From: Candidatus Undinarchaeota archaeon
Lineage (GTDB): Archaea > Undinarchaeota > Undinarchaeia > Undinarchaeales > UBA543
Direction: 5' to 3'
DNA: 35,235 bases
Assembly (NCBI GenBank): GCA_964567575.1
Contig: CAZMMZ010000001.1
Span: 1-35,235, forward strand
Positions 18,396 through 27,844 of this stretch are shown here, piece after piece (the stretch's first letter is position 1; every line of letters begins with the position of its first letter). Both the position numbers and the translations under genes were made by a program. Below the pieces are notes generated by a model, which made no database searches, was not told where the DNA came from, and saw nothing but the letters and a program-made list of their open reading frames with translations.

Positions 18396-19400
18396 GTGAT
18401 TAATATCAGGCCAATTTTAAAAGAAAAAGATCTTGATGCTATTCTGATTTTTAATCCAAAGCTTCACAACCGCGATCCAGCATTCACTTATTTCACTGGA
18501 CTTATGGATTATGAACGAGCGCTTTACATTGGAAGTTCAACCCAGCGAGCTTATGTTGCAAGTTTTGAAATCCCGCGCGCAAAGAAAGAATCGTTCTTGA
18601 AAAATATCCAGCCAACACCAAAGAAAGGTGTGAAAAATATTTTGACTCGATACTCTGGAAAAACCGTAGGGATAAATGGAACCGCGCTTCCACTTTCAAT
18701 TTTCAAAGTTCTGAAAAAACACAACATCAAAACAAAAGATGTTTCTCAGGAAATTGTAAACACAATGATGGTGAAAACCCCTGCTGAAATTTCTAAACTT
18801 AAGAAAGCTATCAAATTAACTCAAGGAATGTTTAAACTTGCAAAGAATGGTAAAAGTGAATTAGATATTGCTGCAGATATGGCAGCGTACTTGGTAAAGA
18901 ATCAAGCAGAATTTTCTTTTGGCCCAATAATTTCTTATGGAAAGAATTCAGCATTACCACATGCAAAACCAACAAGCGCCGCCACAGGAATAAACCTGCT
19001 TTGTGATATTGGCGCAAAGTGGAAAGGGTATCATGCAGACATCACACGAAATTTTTCTTTGAAACCAGATAAAAAATACAAACAAGTTTACGAGATTGTT
19101 AAAGAAGCACATGACTTGGCAATTGATGCAGTTGAACCAGGGAAAACTGCAAAAGAAATTGATGCAATTTGCAGAGATCATTTGAAAAAGAATGGTTATG
19201 ATTTAGTTCATTCAACTGGCCATGGAATTGGATTAACAATTCATGAGCAGCCATACATTTCCAGCAAACGCGACACTGTTCTAAAACCAGGAATGGTTTT
19301 CACAGTTGAACCTGGTGTTTATATTAAAGGACAATTCGGAGTTCGGATTGAAGATGATATTTTAGTTACAAAAACAGGAAGACAAATTTTAAGCAAATGA
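18396..19400 (+). CDS. Xaa-Pro peptidase / prolidase (M24 family)
   Basis: LPHA, DIGAKWKGYHADITR, HSTGHGIGLTIHE, FTVEPGVY, GVRIEDD. Confidence 0.93.
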   Translation: MINIRPILKEKDLDAILIFNPKLHNRDPAFTYFTGLMDYERALYIGSSTQRAYVASFEIPRAKKESFLKNIQPTPKKGVKNILTRYSGKTVGINGTALPLSIFKVLKKHNIKTKDVSQEIVNTMMVKTPAEISKLKKAIKLTQGMFKLAKNGKSELDIAADMAAYLVKNQAEFSFGPIISYGKNSALPHAKPTSAATGINLLCDIGAKWKGYHADITRNFSLKPDKKYKQVYEIVKEAHDLAIDAVEPGKTAKEIDAICRDHLKKNGYDLVHSTGHGIGLTIHEQPYISSKRDTVLKPGMVFTVEPGVYIKGQFGVRIEDDILVTKTGRQILSK

Positions 19401-20230
19401 AAAGTGATCCAAAGTATTGTATTGACTGTCAGAAACAACAAATAGAGCGCGCTGTTGAACTTGGAGGAGTTTCTAATAAAATTAAACAAGAAGCTTTGAA
19501 ATATTCTAAAGAACATGTTGCAGGAGTTCCTGCAACTGAAGGAACTGTTTTTCACCGGATGATAATGAAGGAAGCTGGAAAGAATCCATTTGCAGAGGAA
19601 AAGCAAGAAGGCACAGAAGCTGCTACTGAAATTCTCCAACATATTGAACCAACAATAAAGACTTTGAAAGATGCTTGCACTGCTGCTGTTGCTGGAAACT
19701 TTGTTGATGTTGTTACTGTGAAAAGTGAACAAGAACTTGAGAAAGTTGCAGCTGCATTTAATATTGAATTGGCAATTGATGATTTTGACAAAGCAAAAGA
19801 ATGTTTCCAAAAAGGAAAGAAAATTTTGTATTTGACAGATAATTGTGGAGAGCATTTGTTTGATTTATTATTTATTAAAAAATTAAATGAAGTTGGTGTT
19901 GAAGTTATTGCTGCAGGGAAAGAAAGTGATATTACAAATGATGCAACTGTTGAGGATTTAAAGAACGCTGGGTTTGAGAAGTATTGCAAGGTAATATCAA
20001 TAGGCAGCGACTGTATTGGAACGAACCTCGCTGAAGCGTCTGAAGAGTTTTTGAATTATTTTGAAACAGTTGATTTAATAATTTCAAAAGGAATGGGACA
20101 TTACGAAACTTTGAGTGATAATCCAAAAAGAATTTTATTTATGTTGAAAGCAAAGTGCGAACCAGTTGCAAATGATTTGGGTGTTGAGAAAGATTGTAAT
20201 GTGTTGAAGTTTAAAGAAAACTCCACGTAA
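19397..20230 (+). CDS. DUF89 / ARMT1-like metal-dependent phosphatase
   Basis: N-terminal CxxC, AGNFVD, LTDNCGEH, NDAT, SKGMGHYETL, KAKCEPVA. ATGA overlap with the peptidase. Confidence 0.9.
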   Translation: MKSDPKYCIDCQKQQIERAVELGGVSNKIKQEALKYSKEHVAGVPATEGTVFHRMIMKEAGKNPFAEEKQEGTEAATEILQHIEPTIKTLKDACTAAVAGNFVDVVTVKSEQELEKVAAAFNIELAIDDFDKAKECFQKGKKILYLTDNCGEHLFDLLFIKKLNEVGVEVIAAGKESDITNDATVEDLKNAGFEKYCKVISIGSDCIGTNLAEASEEFLNYFETVDLIISKGMGHYETLSDNPKRILFMLKAKCEPVANDLGVEKDCNVLKFKENST

Positions 20231-20263
20231 GTTATAAGTAAAAGGAGAAACAATTAGAATACA

Positions 20264-21100
20264 ATGGGAAATAACATTTACAAGAATTACTGGAAATTAA
20301 TAAATCCAGGGGGATTAAGAGATGATAGAAAACTGTATACTTGTGTTGAAGTTTTTTACAAGGCAATAAAAAAACTGGGTGCTGAAAAGGTGTACATATT
20401 CCAAAATCCAAAATATCTTGCAAAAGGAGATCATCACAAAAAAAGAACTATTATGTATGAAGAAGCAGGGTTTGAGTTGCTAAGTAATTATTTAATTAAA
20501 AAGAGATATGATTTAGTTTTTCTTTACAAAAAAGGGAAAATGTTTAGAGTAGTTAAACCAGAGCATTGCATAACATTAGATAGAGGGGAAGAATCGCAGA
20601 CAGAGTATGAGATTTCAAAAGACGCTTTTGAAAAAGCACGAGCGTCCCCAAGAGTTTACGACTTTATTTTAACGAATCTCATGTATGTGAGATCGAATAT
20701 CTACATATTTGAGGAAGAATTTCTAAATCCTGCAAGAGGATGGGGAGAAATTTACAATCCAGAAGTAATGAAGAAAGTTATGAAACGAAAGACTACTACG
20801 TGTAAACTTGTTGGACAAATTTTAGCACACCTTCACTCAGCCGGTATACTACATAATGATGACCCAGGAGCTCATGCTTTCATAAATAGAAACACTATGG
20901 CTAACAGAAAACGCTCATTAGAGGAAAAGATTCGGATAATTGATTATGGGAATTCAGAACGGACTACAGATGAAAGAAAATTCGCAGAGGAACTTAGAAA
21001 GATTATTAGATATTATGAAAGATTGAAACTGGGGGTTGCATGTGGGCAAATAAAAATTGCTTATGATAAAACGAGGAAATTATTGAAAGAAGGTAATTAA
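20264..21100 (+). CDS. Divergent atypical protein-kinase-like protein (Bud32/RIO-like fold)
   Basis: RVVK, EYEI, GQILAHLHSAGILHNDD and IRIIDYGNS occur in kinase-subdomain order. Alignment by eye only. Confidence 0.55.
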   Translation: MGNNIYKNYWKLINPGGLRDDRKLYTCVEVFYKAIKKLGAEKVYIFQNPKYLAKGDHHKKRTIMYEEAGFELLSNYLIKKRYDLVFLYKKGKMFRVVKPEHCITLDRGEESQTEYEISKDAFEKARASPRVYDFILTNLMYVRSNIYIFEEEFLNPARGWGEIYNPEVMKKVMKRKTTTCKLVGQILAHLHSAGILHNDDPGAHAFINRNTMANRKRSLEEKIRIIDYGNSERTTDERKFAEELRKIIRYYERLKLGVACGQIKIAYDKTRKLLKEGN

Positions 21101-21525
21101 TCCACAACCTCAATAATAAATTCTAATTTTGTTTCAGGTTTCTCAAGTGCATCAACTAATTCCTTTTTCAAATCGCACGCTGCCTTGTCTGCATTTATCA
21201 TAAGAGTTCGCTGGCATTTGAAATCAGATTTGCGAATAACAATATCATCTGGGTGTGTAAGAGTAAGTAAAGCATGACCTTCTCCAATTACAACATCTTC
21301 AATTTCTCCGACTTTCAAAGTAACTTGTATTTTTTTTCCAGATTGAATTAAATCTTTTAATTCAGGATTAAGATCTGCGCAACCGTGACTTGCCTTGACA
21401 CCAATAATGCAGTCGCCCATAACAGTTAAGTCTGGGTGCTTAGTGATTTCAATTGTTGTCCCGTGCTCTGCGAGCACGTTTTCGTGTCCTGTTGCTGTAA
21501 TTGTTTGTTTCATTTTCAACCCCAC
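21097..21525 (-). CDS. DUF371 family archaeal protein
   Basis: GHENVLAEHGTTIEITK, GDCIIGV, IVIRKSDF, RTLMINADKAACDL. Confidence 0.9.
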   Translation of the reverse strand: MGLKMKQTITATGHENVLAEHGTTIEITKHPDLTVMGDCIIGVKASHGCADLNPELKDLIQSGKKIQVTLKVGEIEDVVIGEGHALLTLTHPDDIVIRKSDFKCQRTLMINADKAACDLKKELVDALEKPETKLEFIIEVVD

Positions 21526-22517
21526 TGCTCCAAGCTTGATTGATTCTTTGCTCTTCCTGCTTTTTCTAATTTTTCATAAACGTGTTCAACTCTGTCTTTT
21601 GAAAAGTCGTGCTTCTCATGAAGAATTTCAAGAAGCTTATCAAGATCTGGTTCTCCCCATTTCAATTCATAATCTTTTGTGATATTTGGTTTAAGGAAAA
21701 TTTCCTTAACCTCTTTTGGATCAACACCGAATTCGTGCTCTGCCCATGTTCCTTCTTTCACAGCTTTGAGAGCTTTCTTTGGGCCGAATCCTTTAATACC
21801 AGGATTGAAATCAGTGCCAACCATCAAACCGATTTCAACAAGCTGTTCGCGAGTCACATCAATTGTTTCTAAAACATCTTGCAATTCTGTGATAATTGGT
21901 TTGAGTTCGTAATAATAACTTTTGTTTGGAACTTTTCGTTTTCCAGTGATTGTAATATTACGAATAAATCGAGGAGCTCCGAAAAGTAGAGAATCGAAAT
22001 CCTGCGACCCAACAGCATACACATCTTTTTCCTTGCACATCCATGCAGCTTGTGATTCCCCTTCTGATGGCGCTTGAACCCAAGGAATGCCAAGTGCATC
22101 AAGAAGATCTTTTGATGCTTGAATCATTGTTGAATCTAATTTGGAGGTTGCTTGCGCATATTTCTTTGCTGCCACCATATCTTTTTTTTCAATTGCATCC
22201 TGCCATTGTCTTCTGGCTTTCTTTTTGATACGACCGCGCGCAATAATTGTTCCTGCTTTTAATTTTGGTGGTTTGCCATCAAAAACAAAAGAAGGCAATA
22301 TTCCAAATTCAATTAATTTTGAAGTGCGATAAAATAAACCTGAGAGGTGAGAAGTAACTCTTCCTTCTCCATCCATTAATGGTGTTCCATCGGGCTGGCG
22401 GATAATTGCAAGAAATTGATAAAGTGTGTTAAATGCATCAATAGCAACACGTTTGCCTGCTAGCTCTTTTAATTCAATTTCTTTTCCTTCAACAAGGCCA
22501 GATATATCAACACCCAT
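21516..22517 (-). CDS. fen: Flap endonuclease 1
   Basis: MGVD, AIDAFNTLYQFLAIIRQPDG, FVFDGKPP, APSEGESQA, SQDFDSLLFGAP, GTDFNPGIKGFGPK, and C-terminal PIP box QSSLEQW. Confidence 0.97.
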   Translation of the reverse strand: MGVDISGLVEGKEIELKELAGKRVAIDAFNTLYQFLAIIRQPDGTPLMDGEGRVTSHLSGLFYRTSKLIEFGILPSFVFDGKPPKLKAGTIIARGRIKKKARRQWQDAIEKKDMVAAKKYAQATSKLDSTMIQASKDLLDALGIPWVQAPSEGESQAAWMCKEKDVYAVGSQDFDSLLFGAPRFIRNITITGKRKVPNKSYYYELKPIITELQDVLETIDVTREQLVEIGLMVGTDFNPGIKGFGPKKALKAVKEGTWAEHEFGVDPKEVKEIFLKPNITKDYELKWGEPDLDKLLEILHEKHDFSKDRVEHVYEKLEKAGRAKNQSSLEQWG

Positions 22518-22581
22518 ACAATGGCTTGGAGGGAATTGTTTATTAAAGTTATTGACTATAAGAATTAAGAATAAAACGCAA

Positions 22582-23964
22582 ATGGATAAAGAAAAATACG
22601 AAAAATTATTGGAAGAATATATTGGATCAACAGATGGAGCTGTTGATGAACTTGAAATTATTGGAGATTATATTGAATTTGGAAAAATAAGACAAGCAAT
22701 GTACAACTGGTCTGAGCCAGTATTCTTAGGAGTAACTAAATTAATGCAAGACTTAGAATTGCAAGAAAAGGGTATTCTTGGAAAAATAGGAAGAAGCCGG
22801 GCGTGGAAAAGATTTCAGAAATCAAAAACAGGAAATTTTTTAAAGATGCCAGAAGGAGTTCTTGCTGATGATAAAAAATCGATGAAAGAGCGGTGGGACA
22901 CTTATATCATGGGTGTTTTATACATACATTCACTAGTTGCATTTTCGGTTTTTGGGCTTTCATTACCAACCAATGCATATTTAGGAATATTAGCACTGGG
23001 TTTAGGAGGAAATACTGTTTTCAGTGTTACTGGAAATATGATAGCAAGCACTCTTAGAATTGGATTGCATTATCAGGATTTTAAGAAATTCGCAAAGAAA
23101 AATGACATTAATCTTATTGGGGATACTGCAGGGATTAAATTTATAAATATTGTAAAATTGCTGAAAATAACAAAGGTTTCTAGAGAAAAATATGGTAAAC
23201 GGTTAGAAAGCCATAAAAAATTCTTGAAAAGTTCCAGAAAAATTCACAAAGCAAAACAAAAAACAAAAAAGATGTACAAAGAATATATCAAATATTTCAA
23301 GAGAGCATATCTTCCAAATATAGGAAATGTAAATCAAAAGAACAAGCTAGCAAAGCTTTACTATGAAGTAGAATGTGTACAAGAAAATATGAAGAAAAAA
23401 GATAGTGGCTTGAAAGACTTCTTTGCCAAACCAATAATGAATAAAAAGAAAGGGGCGCAGAGACCTGTCCTTTTAAAAGAACTAGAATTTGCTAACACAT
23501 ATGCAGAAGCACTTGGTTTTTTTGGTGCCGATGAGATTAGAAAATTACCAGATGGATCGACTGTTAACAAATCGATGACTGCTTGGCACACTTTTAGAAA
23601 AGAACTTAAAAATTTTGCTGAAGAGATGGGAAAAACAGATGAGAAGGAATTGAAGGAACGGGCCCTTAACTTGCGACTTATAAAAGAACTTACAGCACAA
23701 GTGGGAACATTTATGCCAGCAACTTTGTTTACAGGATATGATCTTAGAGAGGGATGGAAAAATCAGCCAGCAGGTAGACAAATTATCACCGTGCCACAAA
23801 TAGTTGCAACAAACTGGATGTTATCAATAGGAATTACATTAAAATTTCATAATCTTTTATTAGAACTACTAGCGAAAGGAGTAACTCATATTAAATTTAA
23901 AGTTGATAAAAATATGTTAGATATATTAGTTAAAATGAAGAATGCAAAACTCCTGGGTTCGTAA
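22582..23964 (+). CDS. Hypothetical Lys-rich protein with hydrophobic segments (460 aa)
   Basis: Long ORF. Start moved to MDKEK (22582) because the track's upstream part overlaps fen in antisense. No family recognised. Confidence 0.7.
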   Translation: MDKEKYEKLLEEYIGSTDGAVDELEIIGDYIEFGKIRQAMYNWSEPVFLGVTKLMQDLELQEKGILGKIGRSRAWKRFQKSKTGNFLKMPEGVLADDKKSMKERWDTYIMGVLYIHSLVAFSVFGLSLPTNAYLGILALGLGGNTVFSVTGNMIASTLRIGLHYQDFKKFAKKNDINLIGDTAGIKFINIVKLLKITKVSREKYGKRLESHKKFLKSSRKIHKAKQKTKKMYKEYIKYFKRAYLPNIGNVNQKNKLAKLYYEVECVQENMKKKDSGLKDFFAKPIMNKKKGAQRPVLLKELEFANTYAEALGFFGADEIRKLPDGSTVNKSMTAWHTFRKELKNFAEEMGKTDEKELKERALNLRLIKELTAQVGTFMPATLFTGYDLREGWKNQPAGRQIITVPQIVATNWMLSIGITLKFHNLLLELLAKGVTHIKFKVDKNMLDILVKMKNAKLLGS

Positions 23965-23995
23965 ACCTTTTAAACAACCACCCGAACCATAATTT

Positions 23996-24295
23996 ATGGG
24001 ACTTATTATTGAAAAAGCATCTATATTCTGCAGCGGTTTCGCAGTGTTAGCTCTGGTCTTAGGGGCGAACCCATATGTTGCTTTTGCAATAAGCATGGCA
24101 GGTTTTGTTCCAGTAAGGATGCTTCTTGGTGGACGAGTGTTTTCGCAAACAGGCGCTTTCGCAGCATTCTGGGCTGTTATTGGAATGTATTATTTTGGTT
24201 TCTCACCACTTTACGCATTTGCTTTCGGAGCAGGTACTGGTTATTCCTTCCTTTATTTCTGGCTTTTCGCAATGCCGAAAATATTAAAAGACTGA
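23996..24295 (+). CDS. Small hypothetical membrane protein
   Basis: 99 aa, Gly/Ala/Phe-rich hydrophobic helices, TATA-like TTTTAAA upstream, co-oriented with carS. Confidence 0.65.
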   Translation: MGLIIEKASIFCSGFAVLALVLGANPYVAFAISMAGFVPVRMLLGGRVFSQTGAFAAFWAVIGMYYFGFSPLYAFAFGAGTGYSFLYFWLFAMPKILKD

Positions 24296-24310
24296 AACAA
24301 TAGTTCTCGT

Positions 24311-24781
24311 ATGAACCAGTTGATTCAACAACTTTTACAATGGGGCTTGCCAATGGCTATTGCCAATATGGCACCAGTTTTCATAAAAGGAAAACATCCA
24401 ATAGATTTTGGAAAAGAAAAAAATGGAAGACGGATTCTTGGAAAAGGGAAAACTTGGGAAGGATTGTTTGGTGGCACGTTGATAGGAGGGATTGTTGGAT
24501 TCTTGCTTGGAAATTTCCAATTGGGTCTTGCAGTTGCTTTTGGTGCTTTGCTTGGGGATATTATTGAAAGTTTTATTAAACGAAAAGTTGGAATAAAAAG
24601 CGGTCATCCTTGGTGGGGTTTCGATCAATTAGATTTTGTTATTGGAGGAATATTATTGGGTTCCTTTATAGAAACACCAATGACAAAAACAGTAATCATT
24701 TTACTTTTGGTAATGTCACTTGGTCATCCACTTGCGAATTATATCGGCTATAAGCTAAAGATGAAGAAAAATAAATTTTGA
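24311..24781 (+). CDS. carS: CDP-archaeol synthase (CarS / DUF46)
   Basis: ANMAPVF, PIDFG, RILGKGKTWEG, GDIIESFIKR, DQLDF. Confidence 0.9.
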   Translation: MNQLIQQLLQWGLPMAIANMAPVFIKGKHPIDFGKEKNGRRILGKGKTWEGLFGGTLIGGIVGFLLGNFQLGLAVAFGALLGDIIESFIKRKVGIKSGHPWWGFDQLDFVIGGILLGSFIETPMTKTVIILLLVMSLGHPLANYIGYKLKMKKNKF

Positions 24782-24791
24782 AGGCACACGC

Positions 24792-26105
24792 TTAAATGCG
24801 CCTTCCGCGTTTCTCTAAAACGAAAACAACACCAATAATAACTCCAATCAGTAAGAAGATCCAGAGCAGATAATTTTTAGCTTTCTTTGCACCAGGACTT
24901 AATTTAGGTAAAGAACTTTCACTGCCTTCAACATCACCGATTTTTTCATCATCAGATGGGGGTGCAACAGGAGTATCATCAATTACTGTCTTTTTAACAA
25001 CTGAAACTGTCTTGGTGTGTTTGAAAGATTGTGGTGCATTCCATTCACAATCAACATAATTTCCAGATAATACAATATCATATTCTCCTTCAGGTATAGA
25101 TTCTGGAAGTTCCATTGTAAATATTGCAGTTGGGTCGGAAGATTGTGATTCACCAGGGGGGAATGTTTTGTCGCTCGGTAATATGTTCTTTGTAGGGAAT
25201 TCAAATTCACCAGATTCTTCAGAAAGTGTAAGATTTATTTTACACGCAGAGTGACTTCCAGATTTACTGTTCCACACAAAAACAGGAACATCAAGAACAT
25301 TACCTTGAATAAGAGTGTTTGAAACATCAATTAAAGAATTTATTGTTGGTAAATTGTTTCCAATTTTTTGGCGATTATAAATAACTACAGTCTCATTAAA
25401 AACCCAGGAAACATATTTCCCGAAATACCGGTAAGAAAACCTAAGAGGGATATTGATTGTTTCATATACAATGGTTTCTGGCATACTTCGGCCAGAGAGT
25501 TTGTAGGTAAATGCATAATCTGCAGTTCCGTTTTGGCCAAGAGTGGTGTGCTCATATGAATCAGAAACAAAGGTATAGTATTTTGGATGCTCAAGATATT
25601 CTGCGTTTATATTAGAAATTGCTTTTTCTCCACTGGCTTTCATTGTTAGATAAATAGTGAATGATGCGTTTGATGTTATAAGCTCTGGGTCAGTTCTTGT
25701 GCTAATTAATTCCATACCTGGTTTTGCAAAAGCATATGAAATTTCCCTGTCATATGTATGACCGGCTGTGTCTGTAAAAGCGACTCCAACAGTTGCATAT
25801 TCTGTTTCTGGCCATGCATGATCAATTACAACTAATTTTATTGCTTCAGTTAAAATTCTGTCAGCTGATTCAGATGGAATTGAATAAATTGTTTCATTGT
25901 TAACAAAATAATTTAACACACTTGTATTGTCCTCAGAATTGTCTGTTCGCATAGAAAGTCCAACATCATTTCTAATGTAAAGTCCGATTTTTCCATTAAC
26001 CTCTTGGACATCAGTTACTGTAATAACGTCTCCTGCCAGCACTGGCGCTGACAGCATAGCTGCAAAAAGCAGTATTGAAAGTGCTAAAATTGTTCGTTTC
26101 ATCAT
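24792..26105 (-). CDS. Secreted, C-terminally anchored cell-surface protein
   Basis: Signal peptide (MMKRTILALSILLFAAMLSAPVLA), beta-rich body, six N-X-S/T sequons, Pro/Ser/acidic spacer, C-terminal TM followed by EKRGRRI. Confidence 0.75.
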   Translation of the reverse strand: MMKRTILALSILLFAAMLSAPVLAGDVITVTDVQEVNGKIGLYIRNDVGLSMRTDNSEDNTSVLNYFVNNETIYSIPSESADRILTEAIKLVVIDHAWPETEYATVGVAFTDTAGHTYDREISYAFAKPGMELISTRTDPELITSNASFTIYLTMKASGEKAISNINAEYLEHPKYYTFVSDSYEHTTLGQNGTADYAFTYKLSGRSMPETIVYETINIPLRFSYRYFGKYVSWVFNETVVIYNRQKIGNNLPTINSLIDVSNTLIQGNVLDVPVFVWNSKSGSHSACKINLTLSEESGEFEFPTKNILPSDKTFPPGESQSSDPTAIFTMELPESIPEGEYDIVLSGNYVDCEWNAPQSFKHTKTVSVVKKTVIDDTPVAPPSDDEKIGDVEGSESSLPKLSPGAKKAKNYLLWIFLLIGVIIGVVFVLEKRGRRI

Positions 26106-26132
26106 TCTCCCCTCACAAGATAAGGATATAGC

Positions 26133-27158
26133 TTACTTATAAATTTTAATGTCGGCGCAAAAACAGTATTCTCTTGGCGCATAGGGCTTGACTTTGCGAA
26201 CAGCAAGAATTTTGTGTTTCTTATCCCCCAACCGAGATTTAACTTCAGCGCTTACTTCCTGTTTTGTTGCTTTGAATGTGTAATAGTGAATAATCCCCCC
26301 GTTTTTATTCAATGCTTTAAGGGCTGTTGGCAAAAAGTTCAAACTGGTTTTTGGAAGGTTCATTATGATACGATCTGCACTTTCTTTGAATTTTTTAGGA
26401 ACAAGAATCTTTGAATCTCCCGCATATGCAGAAATTCTTTCTGAAACTTTATTGAGATTTGCATTGATTTTGAGATAATCAATTGCAGATTTGTTAATAT
26501 CAAGTGCAATAACTTTGCAGCGGGTTTGCGTTTTTGCAATTAAAATTGCAAATGGCCCAACACCTGCGAACATGCAAAGAACAGTTTCATTTGGTTTTAC
26601 TTTGTCAGCAATAATTTTGCGTTCTGTAGCAAGACGAGGAGTGAAAAACATTTTTCCAATATCAAATTTAAATGTGCAACCATGTTCCTTGTAAATAACT
26701 TCAGAGGTCCCTGTGCCCGCTATTCGTTTGAGTGGCCGGACTCTAGCAATGCCTTTCACTGCGCCAGTTTTTTTGAAAACTGCTCTGCGATTTTTGTAAA
26801 GTTTTAAAAGCGAGTCTCCGATTAGTTTTTCTTTTTTCTTTAATTCAGGAGGAACTTCTAAAATTATTATATCACCAAAAATATCAAATGCTTTTTTTAG
26901 TTGTGTTAATTCTTTTTTTGTTAATTTTTTTGAAAGAATTTCGGAAAGACTGTGAGGCATTGTTTTAATTGTTTGAAGTTTCTTAGAAGAGATGGTTCCG
27001 AGGCTATTGATTTTACTCTTTAGAAAATCCTTAATAGGAAAATAAACAAATTCTTTTGTAGAAATGATTTTTCTAGAATTATCAATGTAATTTAATTGAA
27101 CAAGTTTCTGTCGGGAAGATTCAGCTTTCTTTTTGAAAACTTTTAAAGATTTTTCCAT
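26133..27158 (-). CDS. trm5: Trm5/Tyw2-family SAM-dependent tRNA methyltransferase
   Basis: FDIFGDIIIL, KMFFTPRLATER, MFAGVGPFAI, DRIIMNLP, GIIHYY. The subfamily (Trm5a/b/c versus Taw2) cannot be fixed by eye. Confidence 0.85.
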   Translation of the reverse strand: MEKSLKVFKKKAESSRQKLVQLNYIDNSRKIISTKEFVYFPIKDFLKSKINSLGTISSKKLQTIKTMPHSLSEILSKKLTKKELTQLKKAFDIFGDIIILEVPPELKKKEKLIGDSLLKLYKNRRAVFKKTGAVKGIARVRPLKRIAGTGTSEVIYKEHGCTFKFDIGKMFFTPRLATERKIIADKVKPNETVLCMFAGVGPFAILIAKTQTRCKVIALDINKSAIDYLKINANLNKVSERISAYAGDSKILVPKKFKESADRIIMNLPKTSLNFLPTALKALNKNGGIIHYYTFKATKQEVSAEVKSRLGDKKHKILAVRKVKPYAPREYCFCADIKIYK

Positions 27159-27746
27159 TTATTCCTCATAACTGCAATCAAATACATCATTGATAGCTAT
27201 CAATGCTAGTTTGCACGCCGCAGCATCCATATCATAAGCCGTTTTTGCTGAAACAATAACAGAATTGTTGGAGATTTCTATTAAATTTTTATCTTGATTA
27301 TCTCGAAGCCAGATTATTGGATAGCTAATTGTTGAATTTTCAATAGACAGAATAGGAACTTCAGATTGGTTCACAGCCGGTTCTGTATAAACAACTCCTG
27401 TCTTGACAAGAAGACTTGAAAAGGTTTTGAAAAGCTCGTGGGTTGATAAACCAAGTTCAGCTGGACTTGTTGGATCAACTAAGATGAAAACTGTGTTAGC
27501 CATAGGATTCATAATAAGTTGTTTGAATTCTGTTTCAGTTGAATCCATTGGAAAAGAATTACAATCTGTGATGTTTGCCCGGAATGGAACAAGTGTCTTT
27601 GCACACCGATAATAATTTGCAGCGATTTCTGGTTCTTTTAAAATTTGATCGCCAAAATCAAAAAACCCAAGGAAGAGCATTCCAAATATGAGTAATAAAA
27701 GTATTACAACAATTGAAATACTGAAAACAGATTTATCAAGTTTCAT
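27159..27746 (-). CDS. Hypothetical N-terminally anchored extracellular protein
   Basis: N-terminal TM helix, four sequons (NIT, NQS, NST, NNS) and four Cys. Stop abuts the trm5 start. Confidence 0.7.
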   Translation of the reverse strand: MKLDKSVFSISIVVILLLLIFGMLFLGFFDFGDQILKEPEIAANYYRCAKTLVPFRANITDCNSFPMDSTETEFKQLIMNPMANTVFILVDPTSPAELGLSTHELFKTFSSLLVKTGVVYTEPAVNQSEVPILSIENSTISYPIIWLRDNQDKNLIEISNNSVIVSAKTAYDMDAAACKLALIAINDVFDCSYEE

Positions 27747-27792
27747 ATAGACTCCCGTTCGAAACTGTACTTTATAATATTATTGAAAAATT

Positions 27793-27828
27793 AAAAAGGG
27801 GTGAAAAGGGGGTCTTATACCCCTTTTC
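27793..27828 (-). terminator. Hairpin plus U-tracts downstream of the S-layer gene
   Basis: Minus strand: GAAAAGGGGU-AUAAG-ACCCC(C)UUUUC followed by ACCCCUUUUUAAUUUUUC. Confidence 0.6.
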
Positions 27829-27844
27829 GAAGAGTAGTTACTCT

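Noticed and set aside
22426-22581. N-terminal 52 aa of the 512-aa track ORF
   Set aside because: Overlaps the fen1 start in antisense; the downstream ATG at 22582 follows an AT-rich promoter-like spacer.
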